Under the pieces are notes generated by a model that saw only the letters and a list, made by a program, of their open reading frames with translations, was not told the DNA's origin and searched no databases. From Coniocarpon cinnabarinum (Eukaryota), in NCBI GenBank assembly GCA_051942205.1, contig JAVECO010000202.1:1-39292 (forward strand): a stretch of 39,292 nucleotides of DNA. The letters run 5' to 3'. The translations under genes and the position numbers were made by a program. Of this stretch, positions 11,710-23,972 are shown one piece after another (the stretch's first letter is position 1; each line of letters opens with the position of its first letter).

Positions 11710-12607
11710 CTTTGAGGATGCAGACCTGCAATGCGTGTTCAGAGCATTTGGTAACGACTTGGCGTCTTTTGGTAATGTCAAGCACCAAAATCAGACGGCA
11801 CTGTGGCGTACTTGCGAAGCTAATGAGCGCGTGGACTATGGGAAAGAGGTGACGAGGAGTTCTGCCAGCGATCCCGCTGCTATGTCAGATCTCAATCTAA
11901 TCAGGTTCATTTGCGGTATCCACCTGAACGACGATCATCGACCTTACTAGTGTGTATGCGATTTGTGCCGATTGCCGCATCCTATCGCTTCGACTGCTGG
12001 GTAGAATATGCCGAGGAGCGAGACTAGCAGGGTTTTCATCTGACTGCAGATGGGTCCTGCACGCTTGTTTATCACCTACCGATACCTCATTGGCAAAATA
12101 GCGGAATGTGGAATGAAATATTCCATGCTTCGATCGGCATGGCTCGTAAGGAGATTAGCCCCATGCTTGGAATTTCTCTTGCGCGCCGGCGCGCCTCAGA
12201 GCGGATAGATGCTGTGAGAGACGGGAGTCTACTTATGTCACTTAGAGAACGGAGTATTGATAGAAGAGCGACTGGGCTTTGGGCATGCTCTTTAACAGTC
12301 TCAATGTGTCTGTGGAAGGTGGAAATTCAGGCGCGGAAAATTTTTGGTTCGCCATGGGCTCGTTAGTGACATTCGGCACTTCGCATAGTCGTAGTATGCG
12401 CTCTTTTCGAAGCAAAGTGTTTCTATATGGCTTCTTCCGTTACAGATTTCGCGGATGTGTCTCGCCCTCGATGTTAGAAATCTCAGACTCGCAAGATTTA
12501 TCGAGCAAAAGAAGGCCTTGTCCCAGGCATACTGGGCCACTGCGACATTACTCCATAGCGATGCGATTCTAGTCTATAGTACAGAATTTGTTGACAGGCG
12601 CGAAGAC

Positions 12608-13783
12608 TTAAAACTTGTACACTTGATCATTACTATACCCGAGATCTCTGAGAGCACCGGTGAGCTCTCCTTGGTCTGACGGACTGTTTTTCGTTCCACT
12701 GATGGCCTGGTAAAGACCAGGTGGGCCACATACAAAGATCTTGATGTTCGGTTCGTTGGGCTCTGGCATAATTTGCTTGAGGAGCTCCTTCGTGATAAAT
12801 CCTTTTCCTTGTACCCAGTCTTTCGGGGCCTTGTCCAGCGTGTAGAAGGCACGGAATCGACGGGGATAGGTATTCTCGAGCTCGTTCCACTCCTTCTTAA
12901 GCAGAATGTCATCTTCGGTAACATTTCCAAAGACCAAGGTGACCTTGGTTTGATCGTTGGGGTTTTTGAAGATGCTGCGTGCTACCTGCCACATTGGCGT
13001 AACCCCGGTGCCGCCTGCGATCATGACTATATGATTGTGTTTGTTCTCGGCCATTGGATATTTCGGCAACGGTCCTTTGATGTCGAGTCGCTGGCCAGGG
13101 ACCATCTTGTGCAAATGCGTAGACATGGGACCATTCGTGTATTGCTTGATGACAAAGTCGACAAAGCCTTTCTCGTCTTCCGCATGGTGAGCTTGAGTAC
13201 ACTTTTCTGGAAATATGTGCGCCAGATGATTACTCACCTGTGTCGCTTGTTGGAGTGTATGGCCTGAGGACTGGTTTATCCATGCCTGGATCCTGGAATT
13301 TGCTGAGGACAGCCGCTGTTGGAATGGATCAGTCGTGGTCACCAACATTTCACGCAAAGACCGCGCAACACTCACAAGCCACAGGCAGACCTGATTCTTG
13401 ATCTGGCTCTGGCAAAGCGAAGCGGAACTTCTTCGTATTGCCGCTAAGCTCCTCGACACTGTCGAGTCTGAGCGACAGAAAACCTTGCTCGCCACCTTGA
13501 AACGCCTTCGGAGCCGGACCCTCTGCCTGCAAGGAATGCTTCTGCTGAGAGGTCATGTAATAGTATCCAACGCCGAATGCTCCCATGCCTGCTGCTGCTC
13601 CATAGGCGAGCCCGCTCATGCCTTGTTTTGGCGGTGCATCGGAGGCGTAGCCCCGAATGCTGTGCTGCTGCACGGTAAGCATGCGGCTGCCTAGGAGAAT
13701 ACAAAACGATGACGAGCACTTACTCTCAACGGAGCAGCCGCGCGGGAGGCGCGAATTGCTGATCTAGTGATGACTCCACTCAT
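12608..13783 (-). CDS. MCR1: Mitochondrial NADH-cytochrome b5 reductase (Mcr1-like)
   Basis: Arg/Ala/Ser-rich presequence, single TM ([11 protein letters not shown]), FAD motif RPYTP after splicing, [17 protein letters not shown]-terminal QVYKF; 3 introns. Confidence 0.92.
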
Positions 13784-14056
13784 GTTGGTCTTTGAGGAGA
13801 CCTTGGCAAAGACGAATGGCTGAATGACCTTGGAGTGTTGTGCTGTCGATGAGCAAAGTAAAGCGCACGAGCGCAGACTGGATGGCAAATGTGTCAGGCA
13901 AACTCGGTCTGCTAGAATCGGGCAGCGTCACGGCCCGAGCGTGTTGTCGATCCCCGAGCCCGAGTGCCAAGTGTTCCAGTGGTGCCTGAGTGAGGCAGAT
14001 TTGTACCTTACCTGAATTGACCGATCAACGAAGCGAACAGGCGCCGACTGCACGGG

Positions 14057-15784
14057 ATGGTCTACAATTGGGCACCATACGAGGACGAGTGCTACCGCCT
14101 CTTCATCGAAGAAGGGAGATCGGTGGCGGAAGTTCAGCGCTACATCAAGGAGAAGTATGATTTCGAGCCAAGTCGGCGTGGCTATGAGGTCCAGTTCAAG
14201 CGATGGGGCTTTCCCAACAAGCGTGGCACACCGGAGCAGCTTGCCCACATTGAAAACCGCATTGGAGAGCTATGGAGAGCTAATGCGACGCGGGAGGAGA
14301 TACTGAGAATCATCAATGCAGAAGGCTTCCGGTTGAGTGAGCCTAAGCTGCGCAGTATTCGTCATAAGAACGGATGGATGCTTCGAGGCGGTCATGCGTA
14401 CACTGAAGCAACCTCGCGAAACTCACATGAAGGCAATGCCAGTATTCATATAGCCCTAGAACGACCAATAGCGACACCAGAGGGACAAGCACAGCAACTA
14501 TCGACGTTTGATCAGAACCCGTGTCAGCAGCTGCCTGAGGACACGTTTGCTCAACAGCTTCATGTCGATTCACCATATGTGTTGACGTCTGAAGCTTCAG
14601 GGGTGCCATTTGTCCCGTGTGATACGCATGTGGGAAGGTTTGCGGCGCTTCAAACTCGCCCAGACGAGCTTCACGCAAAGAAGAAACGCCGGCGTCGGGT
14701 CCAGTCCTGTGGCGAAATGGACTCTGGCCCAATTAGACCCCCTCGATCCCCGTCAGAAACAACGCTCGATGAGTCCAAAGCTTTTTTACACCTCCCCAAT
14801 GAAGTGTATCAGTCGGTTCGACATCTATTCCAACGCATCTGTGAAGAAGATGGTCTCATGCGCAAGGCTGGCTCTGCGCCCGGCCAATGGCAGGCCGCCA
14901 AAGACCGCTTAGTCGCGGAGCATGAGCATTTGAGACGACAATTCTTCGGACCTTGGAATGGGGTAGCTTTGGAACAGAAAGCGCTTGCTGTAGACGCAAT
15001 CTGCATGAGTGTCGCAAAGACGATGCGCAAGGCAGGCAAGTCTATGACCATTGTACAGGCGAAGACAAACCTTGGCATCAATCCCTCAGAAGCGCGTGAG
15101 GTTCGATCACATTTCTACAACATACTTCGAGAAAACAACTTTGTTAGCGTCACGGAACATGGCCTCGACCACTACCACACTCTCAAGAGTCAATGGTGCA
15201 GTGAAAGCACAATTTTACAGCGAGCCTTCGGTGTGGAATCGGATAGAGCTAAAATCAAGGCGTTCGACCGACTTGCCAGTGATGTTCTGAAGAGATACCG
15301 CGAGGACCTATGCAAAACGAATCCGTTCTTGAAGACGGCGCGAGAAGAAGGGCCTGGTCCAGGTCCGGTGTGCAAGGCTGCTACCAAAGAAGCTCCTGGA
15401 GCTTCCGCCGACTCTGGAACCGTCCATGCAGAAGTAAGTCAAGCTGCAGAGGGAGAAGATGCCAGAGTCTGCGCTTCCCTTGAGTCGCCACGAGGAGCCG
15501 ATCAAGTGGAAGAACTCAAGCACGGTCACTGCGCGATCGGAAAGCGAGTGGCATACCCGCCTCCGTCAGAGCGACCATCTTCGCTGGCAGGCAGGGAGAC
15601 TCGCCGCCTCCGAAACCCTACTCAGAAAGTTCGTCAAGCTCGGCAGCCTTCAAGCTACAACCAGCAGCAGCATGAGCCACCGATCGAATCTGCGATACCT
15701 CACGTTCCTCTGCAAAGTGAGGGAAAGCGCCCTCAGCAGCAGCCACCGCAAGAGCAGCAGGAGAAGCAACATCAACATCAACAT

Positions 15785-15852
<68 letters not shown>

Positions 15853-16360
15853 CGAACAAACACGCGGGCCCCCTGAAACGCGGAAGCGAAAGCTCAATCA
15901 AAATCTATCACGTCGCAAAATTCGAAAGCCTGCAAACAACCAGCCAACGCCCTCATTTCCAAGGCCTTCGAGAGCACAGCCTGCAGAAGAGCCATTCCCC
16001 ACGTCACTGCAACTAGCAGACGCAGCAAGACCGGAGCAGTGCTCCCAGATAGCCACGGATCCAATCGCTGCGCTTTTCCGACTTCACCCTTCTTCCTCAC
16101 TGCGCCCGAAAAAGACGATGTGGTTTGCAATGTTGACGTCGCGAACGCTGCAGGAGGTGATCGAGAAGTCGAAGGCACAATGCGACGACGCCCAAGCGCG
16201 TTCCGCGAAAGTGAGGACGATAGAAGGAATCCTATCAGATGGCAACGGAAGCGAGGCCAGCTTTACGGTCGAGAGCGACGCCGAACTCGATGCTTATATT
16301 GGATGGATGCAAGAGGGCAGGTGCGTTTTTGTTGTGACACTCGAAAGGGCGATAGCGTAA
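14057..16360 (+). CDS. Clr5-domain protein with polyQ tract
   Basis: 767-aa intronless ORF; N-terminus MVYNWAPYEDECYRLFIEEGRS...FEPSRRGYEVQFKRWGF matches the fungal Clr5 domain pattern. Confidence 0.85.
15767..15850 (+). repeat. (CAACAT)3(CAACAG)11 coding microsatellite (QH3 + Q22)
   Basis: Directly visible perfect hexamer arrays. Confidence 0.97.
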
Positions 16361-16615
16361 GGGAGGGCTTCGATGAGGTGAGCGCCGGGTGATGTGCAGC
16401 CTTCTGGATCGCAAAACATGGACGTGGCTCAGTCAGAGTTTCCGGTTGGCCTTCTGAAACGGAGAAGGTGTTTTTTTGCGGGCATGACGTATGGCAAATG
16501 TTGTGTCGACATGTCTAGCCTCTGGGCGTTCGAGGAGCGACGAGAATTGTTCCGCGAAACATTACATCCACGCTCTGTTCTGCATCGCAGCGATCGTGCA
16601 GGGCCATGCGCACTA

Positions 16616-16972
16616 TCAACGCATGGTCGCATCTTTCTCCTCAACACGCGCGCACGACTCGGCGATATCCATTGTCTCACGATCCAGCCTCCATTCGCTT
16701 GCGTCTTGGCCACGAGCCTCCATCATTGCCACGAGACGCCAGCGTTGAGCCAGCTGGTGCTTGAGTTCTGTCGTGAAGCCTTGCAGCACCAACGCCTCAC
16801 TCCGGCCTTGACCCTCCATCCCAGGTGTCAATGACGCGATTTCATCAAAGCCTTCACGAATTGCTTGCCGCCTCTTTTGCTCCGACGCTATGTGATTGTT
16901 CTTCTTCTCCTGCTCCGTCAGACGAGGTTTGTCGACCGGATTGGATGTTGCTTCCACGCTCTGGGGCTGCAT
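16616..16972 (-). CDS. Small bHLH transcription factor (Ino4-like)
   Basis: KKNNHIASEQKRRQAIREGFDEIASLTPGMEGQGRSEALVL: basic region H-x3-E-x2-RR plus helix-loop-helix. Confidence 0.88.
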   Translation of the reverse strand: MQPQSVEATSNPVDKPRLTEQEKKNNHIASEQKRRQAIREGFDEIASLTPGMEGQGRSEALVLQGFTTELKHQLAQRWRLVAMMEARGQDASEWRLDRETMDIAESCARVEEKDATMR

Positions 16973-18104
16973 TCCGCCGGCGGCTGCAGTCGTCTAACCA
17001 CGAGAAGACTTCCCTTCAATCGTCTCGTACGTCGCGGCCGCGTGCGAGATCGGGTGTGTTCGTACTCTAGATCTTGCTGCTGGCGACGTGGACAATAGCA
17101 TCTGCTTGCCCCTCGGAAGTACGCCTAATGGCCCTACGGCAAAGTTCTTGCAATTGCAAGTGCTAAGACGTGGGCAGTGACCGAAGTCTGGCCAATCCAC
17201 GCCAGCGATGACTTCGATGAGTACAGGAATATCGCTAGGGGAGAAGACGTCGACAATTGCTTTGCTTGAAAATCTCCGTCTGCAGCCTACGCAGTCAGGT
17301 CATCCCTGTTTGCTAGTGCGGAACAAAGCGGAGCACCAAACCAAGAGTCTATGAGGTCGCGAGACCAGCTGTCAGGAGCAAGTCTGTTCCAAAGTAGGCT
17401 TGATGTCTTCGCTGAAGTAGAACCACCCTTCCTTCGAGGTTCACGTGCTTTTGACAATGTTCTTTGGCTGTATCCATCCACTACAAAACCAGGATCGGGA
17501 CGACGCAGGGGCCAGTCACGGACTTTGCGGAGAAAAGGACCATCGTGTCAGTCTCCCATTGCGGGCGGGTCCTCCAGCTCAACACTTCGGCCAAGTATTC
17601 TGACAGGCATCGTACGATGGTCATGTCGAGCCTGCCGGTATGGTAGTCGCCTCGGCGGTGCGAAAGGCAATTAAAGCTACTATTGAAGGTGCTGGCAAGT
17701 ACGTACCCTTTGTTTGCCCCGAGACAAGACATGAAGAGTCCTCGCGGAGCACTGGGCTTACATTAGTCTGACACACATGTTAGAAGCCGCGCTGTTCATA
17801 TCAAGGTTGAGCCACAAATCCGCAATGCCCATGAGTCTCGCGAGATACTCAGGAAGCTTAAGGATTACGGTAATGTGATCTGGTATCGGAATCTGCATGT
17901 TTGTCTTGCCGAGGGTAGCAGACAAGAGTTGCCAGTCTTGTTAACTTTCACGGGTAGCACGATCGTTTTAACCCTTCACCATCCACGCTGATCTGCATTT
18001 ACGAACATGCCGATTCTGCTGCAGCAGTGATACGACAAACACCATTGCAAATTCAGATACCATCGAGCAAGTCCATCACTGAACCTATTACGTCTGTCGC
18101 TAGC

Positions 18105-18467
18105 ATGAACATCTTGAACGCTTTCAAAACGCTTGAGCCTGAACCTGCCACCCGACGAGGCAGATGGACCACTGCTACTAAGACATCGCCGGCACAGGGT
18201 GACGATTGCGGCGAGCGAGGATTCGTGCTATCTGCTCATGTCTCACGTGTCAATCACGCGTCGGTCATGGATCAAAAAGAGTTCTCCTGGGGTTTTCGCA
18301 TGCCGACTCGCAATCAGGCCCAAGCGATCCTAGCTCGAGAGTTGCCAGAGCAAGGCATGGCTCCCGTAGCTGCTGATCAACGTACGGTTCCTGCTAGAAT
18401 TGTCGCCCGAGAAATGAAGAGTGTGGCAAAGCTCGAGGAAGAGCTTAAGTCTCGATTGAGAGGATAA
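18105..18467 (+). CDS. Possible hypothetical protein (~120 aa)
   Basis: Open frame from ATG 18105 ending in a helical-looking KSVAKLEEELKSRLRG; no recognisable domain. Confidence 0.35.
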   Translation: MNILNAFKTLEPEPATRRGRWTTATKTSPAQGDDCGERGFVLSAHVSRVNHASVMDQKEFSWGFRMPTRNQAQAILARELPEQGMAPVAADQRTVPARIVAREMKSVAKLEEELKSRLRG

Positions 18468-18892
18468 GTTTATTTAAATCCGGTCCCTGCTAAGTCTGAG
18501 ACTACGAAGTCAAGGTTCTTGAAGATGCGACAAAACAAATCAATCACATTTCCTTGTGCACAAATGCCATTTCGTTTCTAGCTTTTGCCGTCGTATGTAT
18601 GCGGCTGTTGCTTCTAAGGTTTAATCCTTGTCTGCCCGTGAGTTATCCATTTCTTTGCCATCAGAACCTATGCGTCAATGGAGCAGTCTGCATGCCGTAA
18701 ACATGGCGCTCTGCGCTTTCCCTATACTATGGTTCTTCGTGCCATACTGCAGGCTCGCAGTCTCCTGAGACTACCAGTAGTTGCTCCCCAAGGACTGGCA
18801 CGGGTTTTAACTGGGACGAAATGCAATCTTTTCACGCGTCTTCAGAAATTTGGTGAATCGTCTTGCGAGCTGCTCGAAAGACCTGGCCAAGA

Positions 18893-19135
18893 TCATCGGC
18901 CGCATGTCGGGCTTGCACCTGCTTCACTGCAATATCCAGAGTCATGGGAAGCGCTTCCGGTCGACCGCAGTGGCATCATGGAGGTCAGGCGATCGTTGTG
19001 CTCTGGACAGGCATACCCAACCAATATAGTTCTAACTTCGATTGAATGCTGTCCGTAGAGTCTGCAAGGGTCGACAGCGTGCTCGTAGTAAACACACTTG
19101 CACATTGCGTATCGCTCAACAATTTTGATGCACAT
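18893..19135 (-). CDS. Small (80 aa) Cys/His-rich protein of unknown function
   Basis: ATG in ACAATG context; MCIKIVERYAMCKCVYYEHAVDPC...VGYACPEH resembles a small uncharacterised Pezizomycotina family (recalled, not searched). Confidence 0.75.
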   Translation of the reverse strand: MCIKIVERYAMCKCVYYEHAVDPCRLYGQHSIEVRTILVGYACPEHNDRLTSMMPLRSTGSASHDSGYCSEAGASPTCGR

Positions 19136-20147
19136 TGTCTGGAATGTGTAGGTCTGGGGAGTAGCGAGGTTTTGATGTGGACAGAAAGTGAGCTCAGATG
19201 GATGTCGATTATGAAGAATGGCGCTTCTGCGTGTACATGGGAAGCGGATGTCTGGCGAGTTGCCGGAGCTTTGCAAGGGATTGTGCCTTTTGCTAGAGTG
19301 CAGACCAATCTGTGAAGACATTTATATGCGAACGTCAGCACGGAGCACGGAAAAGGAGCCGCTGATGTCTTGTCTCGCTGCGGCGTCAAGACATCTGATA
19401 CGGAGTTATCACGTAGGGCATTTATAGAAGGCACCCTTAAGCAGACGTCAAGTACGTAGCCGTGATAATGTACTGCTCGGCACGAGTCAAGGAAGGACGA
19501 ATGAGAAGCGACAAAGGTCAAACGAACAGTTCCCTTCCAGCCTTTTCAGCTGCAAAGGCTCCATTGGATGTCATTCTCGAGAGTGACTGTGACGTAGATT
19601 GCCAAAGTATCAGACTTCAGCACGGCAACGTCGGGTTCATGTGGTACGCTTGATTATGCTATTCGCGGCAGGCTCGCCTGCATTTCGTGAATGGAAGTGC
19701 CCTAAGGATGCGGGGAGGCATGTCACTGAGATTGGTTGCACTGCTCAGCTGGGACATAGATTGTGAAGGAACGTGGTCAGCGAGACGAACAGCAAAGGTC
19801 CTGGAGCTCTTTCTAGCGTTTGTGTTAGAACTCCCTTGTGGCTGTTGAACAATGGATGGACTAGTGTGCAATCGACTAGGGCGTAGAGAACTTCCCGCAG
19901 TAAATGAGCGAGTCGTGACAGCGGTAGACTCGATTGGGACAGGCGCGTGCTTGTCATGGACCGGTCCAGGTATGAGCCAGGAGCGCGGACACCAGACGCA
20001 GCCCTTTGTCGCCTTCAGCCTCCACATCAGCTTTCTGCGAGCCCTTCACACCTGGGACTTGATGACGTGACGACGCAGTGCGGAGCTGCGCTGCTGCGTC
20101 AGGCACAGCAAGCCCCTGCAGACGCGAGGAGCGGAAGAGGCGTCGAG

Positions 20148-20245
20148 CGAAAGAGAGAGCGAGAAGGGGTGGAGAGGTAGAGAGAGAGAGAGGGTGACAC
20201 CGTGAGGCGCTGAGGCGTGATGTGATGTGAGAGAGTGTGAGAGAG
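20148..20245. repeat. GA/CT-rich low-complexity microsatellite tract
   Basis: GAGAGAGC, AGAGAGAGAGAG, GTGAGAGAG runs. Confidence 0.85.
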
Positions 20246-20675
20246 CGTGCGGGTGAGTAAGCAGCACCGCCACGACCGCCCAAGATAGAAGTCGACCCGC
20301 CGATCGGTCTGTACCTTACACACCCGTGGACCTCACCTGCGCTGCCCTGCCACCCTGCCCTACGTGCCTACTACGCGCTTCAGCCACAGGTCCCAGATGC
20401 GCCACACCGCAGCTGACGCCTCCGTCTCCCGACCACCATCACTTCCCCTTGTCCCGCAAAGACCCTTCGAAGCGCGCGAGCCGGTCTGCGCCAATGCTCT
20501 GGCGACGTAGCAGCTTCCCACCGAGTCTTCGCAACTTTCATGGCGCCTCTTGAGCCGGCCTCGGGCATGACTTCAGACCGTCCCTGTGACCAGCCGACAA
20601 GTCTTCAATTGGCCTTCACCACGTCCGCGACACGCCATGATCCTTGGCCGCTGACCTTCAAGGACAGGCGCAGGT

Positions 20676-20727
20676 CTGTGGGCTATGGGCTGTGGGCTAT
20701 GGGCTGTGGGCTGTGGGCTGTGGGCTG
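20676..20727. repeat. Tandem heptamer (CTRTGGG)7
   Basis: ctgtggg ctatggg ctgtggg ctatggg ctgtggg ctgtggg ctgtggg. Confidence 0.95.
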
Positions 20728-20873
20728 GAAGTCTCTTCCATCATCGTGGGCTAATCGTCGCCTTCGCTTTTCCTCAGGACAATTGCTGCCAGCCGGTACC
20801 GTCACGGCGATGCAGGCGGGATCATGGCTCGGCCACCGCTGCCGTCTGCTCAGACTGAATCCCACCCAGGTTC

Positions 20874-23548
20874 TTATTTTAGCCAATCCGCGTTCGGGTC
20901 GTAAGTGTACACGAAGCTCGAGTTGTTTACTTCTGACATATCTGGCAGTGAATACGCCTGATTTCCCGGCACCTGTAAAGTGTGGTTTCCTGTGGCACTT
21001 GTCGCAGCGCTCTCGAGCGGTGCAGAAAGGCGCGGTACATTGAAGAAATCGAACACGTCCAAGTACTCCAGTTCATTGGGCGCCGGGGTACGTGAAGGTG
21101 TCACCGATCTACCCCTGGTGGCAGCAGGCTGCCGAGGTTGCCGAGAGATCAAAAAGTCAAGGTCATAGGCACACCGCCTGAGATCTGCTAGTATCTTTAC
21201 TGACGAAGGCGTCGTCCGCTCACCATTTGCTGCTCCACTTGCACTTCTTTCCGACTCAAGAAGCTCGTCCTGCACTCGATGGAGCAGCGATGCATATCGA
21301 TTGGCAACATTCCAGTACGCGCCCATTTCTCGTAAGGTGTCGACAAAGAGCTTGATTTTTGGGTCTATTTCGTGTGCGACCGTCGCCGCATGGACGAGCA
21401 AAACACGCGCTGCTACCCAGACTGAAAAGGCGAAAGGAGGTCCAAGCTTGTTCAGAAGGCCAGCGCTGTTGACGTGACCGCATAGGGCGGCAATGTTCGA
21501 TACCGCGTCCAGACAATTCTCGCTTGCTGCCAGTGATGGTTTGAAGAGGTTAGATTGATTGGAGGGATAGGCTGCGGACGAGTGGAGGCGAATAACGGTT
21601 CTGCCATTCGGGTCAATTGTATGGCCCGTCATGGGGGAGTAGGCGTCACTTACGTGAAATATGTTGCGTGCAGCATGACCCATCCGCAGTTGACTATTTT
21701 GTTGCCCGCAGATGAATCAAACAACCGTGTCATGTTGCCGTACTCCTTGGGCAGGTTCTGCTTCCAGTCATTCAGCTCATCATTTCGACAACGGTACTCC
21801 GACTGCCAGATTTCCACATCATTCTGCGACCAAATGTCAATAGGCTTCCTCAAAAATGTGTGGATCCTCGACACGATGCCAACAACCTCAATATAATACG
21901 AGAAAGAGCCGAGGTTTTCAGGTCGTTCAGTAGCCCGTTCTGGCGCTCGTGGGGCAAACCACTTTGTCTCTACATGCTGATTTCGCGCGAAGAGATCGTC
22001 GCGGCAGGGCAGCTTCCGATCCATCTCGCGTTCATCGAGCGCGAAATCGAAGGCTGTAGGCATTGTTGCGTATCGATCCAATATGTAAATCATCCAAAAT
22101 AATCTACGACGGCTTTCGTCCTCGATGAAACTGACAGGTTCAGGAAGCACTACAGCTCGAAGTGTGTAGATGGACGCCGATCTTGGAGATACAAGCTGAG
22201 ATGACTCCTCCACGGACAGGCCCAACTGCACTGCAGATCGGGTGATCAACGCTAGTAGATTCCAGCCAGGCGGGCCGTTTGAATCTCCGCACAGGTCTAG
22301 GGCGAGGATGACCAAAGCTTGAAGTGACTTGACACACGAGTTCTCTAACCCGTACAAGAACACCTTCTGCTTGGACATTGAGTGAAAGTGCTGCTTCTTC
22401 TCAGGAGTCAGGCGTGAGTCATTCGAAAAGCGTAATGTGGTAGCGACAATGGCGTGTAGCAACGCTCTGTCGGCAGTGTCGAGGCTGGACGTTCCGAAGA
22501 GGGTGTCCAAAGTCGTGCGCCGATGGAGAATCGGGCACCAAGTGTTGATATGCTTGAAGTATAAGTCGGCCAAGGAATAGAGGAGATCGTAAGGAGGGAG
22601 ATCAAGGTCTTGGCCGACGGAGGCCTGGCCCTCTGCCTGGTTCATGCCGGATGATTTTAGAGAAGCGTTGGAATTGGGATAAAAGTTTTGAAGGTGGGGT
22701 TGTATCATAGGATGCTCACCCTTTTCCGCCGGTGGTGGACCTGCTTGATGATAGCCATTGAAGGGCCCACCATATGGATCTGCATTCGCCACGCTCGCCA
22801 CCCCGCCCCCATTTACACTCGGACTCGTGGGCGTACCATACGGGCCTCGCTTTTGATCCTCCGATATGTGAACGCCTCCTGCAGATTCTGCCGCAGTGAT
22901 TCCCAACGGGTGGCTGAATAGGTTCGCATCTGCATGCGACGCTTGTGCCGACGTCGCTGAAGGAGGCTGCGGAGGTGTTTGCGGCTGCGGCGGCGGTATC
23001 AGATTTGGAATCTGTACCGCCTGTGTGAGCTGTTGAATCGTTTGCGACTGGGTGTTAAGGATGCGTTCGAGATTGTCTGCAATCAGTCAGTGCGCACTTT
23101 TCAAACGATCCACACAAGGTTCATGCTTGCCCAGTCGCGCTTCCAACTCCCTTCCATACCCGGCGCGTAACCCTGGCTTCTTGCGCTCCTTGTATTCACA
23201 ATGCTGGCCGTTTTTGGCGCACCAGCTGTTGTCCGATGAGCTCGAACTCGTCTCGATGTCTCAGTGGTTCCGGCAGCACTCACCCACATGTTGGTTGTCC
23301 ACGGTCACCTGTATTTGCAGTCAGATACTGTCCTTGTCGCAACGAGGTTGGACCTGCGGCATACATTTGACCTTGCGCTGCTTACATAGCTCACAGCTTA
23401 CGCTCATAGGGCGTTTTCTTTTTTTGTCAGGACTCTCGTCCCCATCATGGGTGGAGTCTTCGCCGCTCCAGCCATCCTGACCATCTACTGGTCGCTGCTC
23501 CGCGTCGTTGAAGCTAGCCGGCTGCTGGGGACTGGTGGAAGCGTCCAT
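20874..23548 (-). CDS. Zn(II)2Cys6 transcription factor with fungal_trans (MHR) domain
   Basis: Spliced CELCKQRKVKCDRGQPTCGWCAKNGQHCEY; YFKHINTWCPILH, AVQLGL, ESRRRLFWMIYILDR; 4 introns, one GC-AG (23077-23130). Confidence 0.95.
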
Positions 23549-23972
23549 GTGTGGCGGTTGGGAGTCGCTTTTGGTTGTGGTCGTGGTAGATATATGCCGA
23601 GATTTCGAGCGGGGTTCGTCCAAGCATGGCAAGTGTTGATTCACTACACGTGACACTGCCAATGGGTAGATCGGCGCTCAATGGCGCCGCAAACCGTCGC
23701 TCATCACGTGAGTTCATCTTTCCTGTCTATCTACCTACCTACCTAGCAGTCTCACGCTTATAGCACTGATGAGGTGATACATTGCGCAAGCGGCAAGCAT
23801 ACCAGCTTCCTCGTCTGGGACGGTTTGCCTCCATCGCGCGGAGCCTTCATTTCTAGCCGGCGTTATATATAAGAGGATGCAACTGACATTCCCGTCGTTC
23901 AAATGCTTTTCCACCCTAGCGCCGCGCTTCTATGCCATGAACAAACCCAGCTGGTCTTATGAAAACTAATCC

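Noticed and set aside
12330..12365. Sm-site-like AATTTTTGG
   Set aside because: No other U2, U4 or U5 conserved elements nearby.
15459..16016. Poly-NS, poly-AV and poly-L ORFs
   Set aside because: Alternative frames of the CAACAG repeat.
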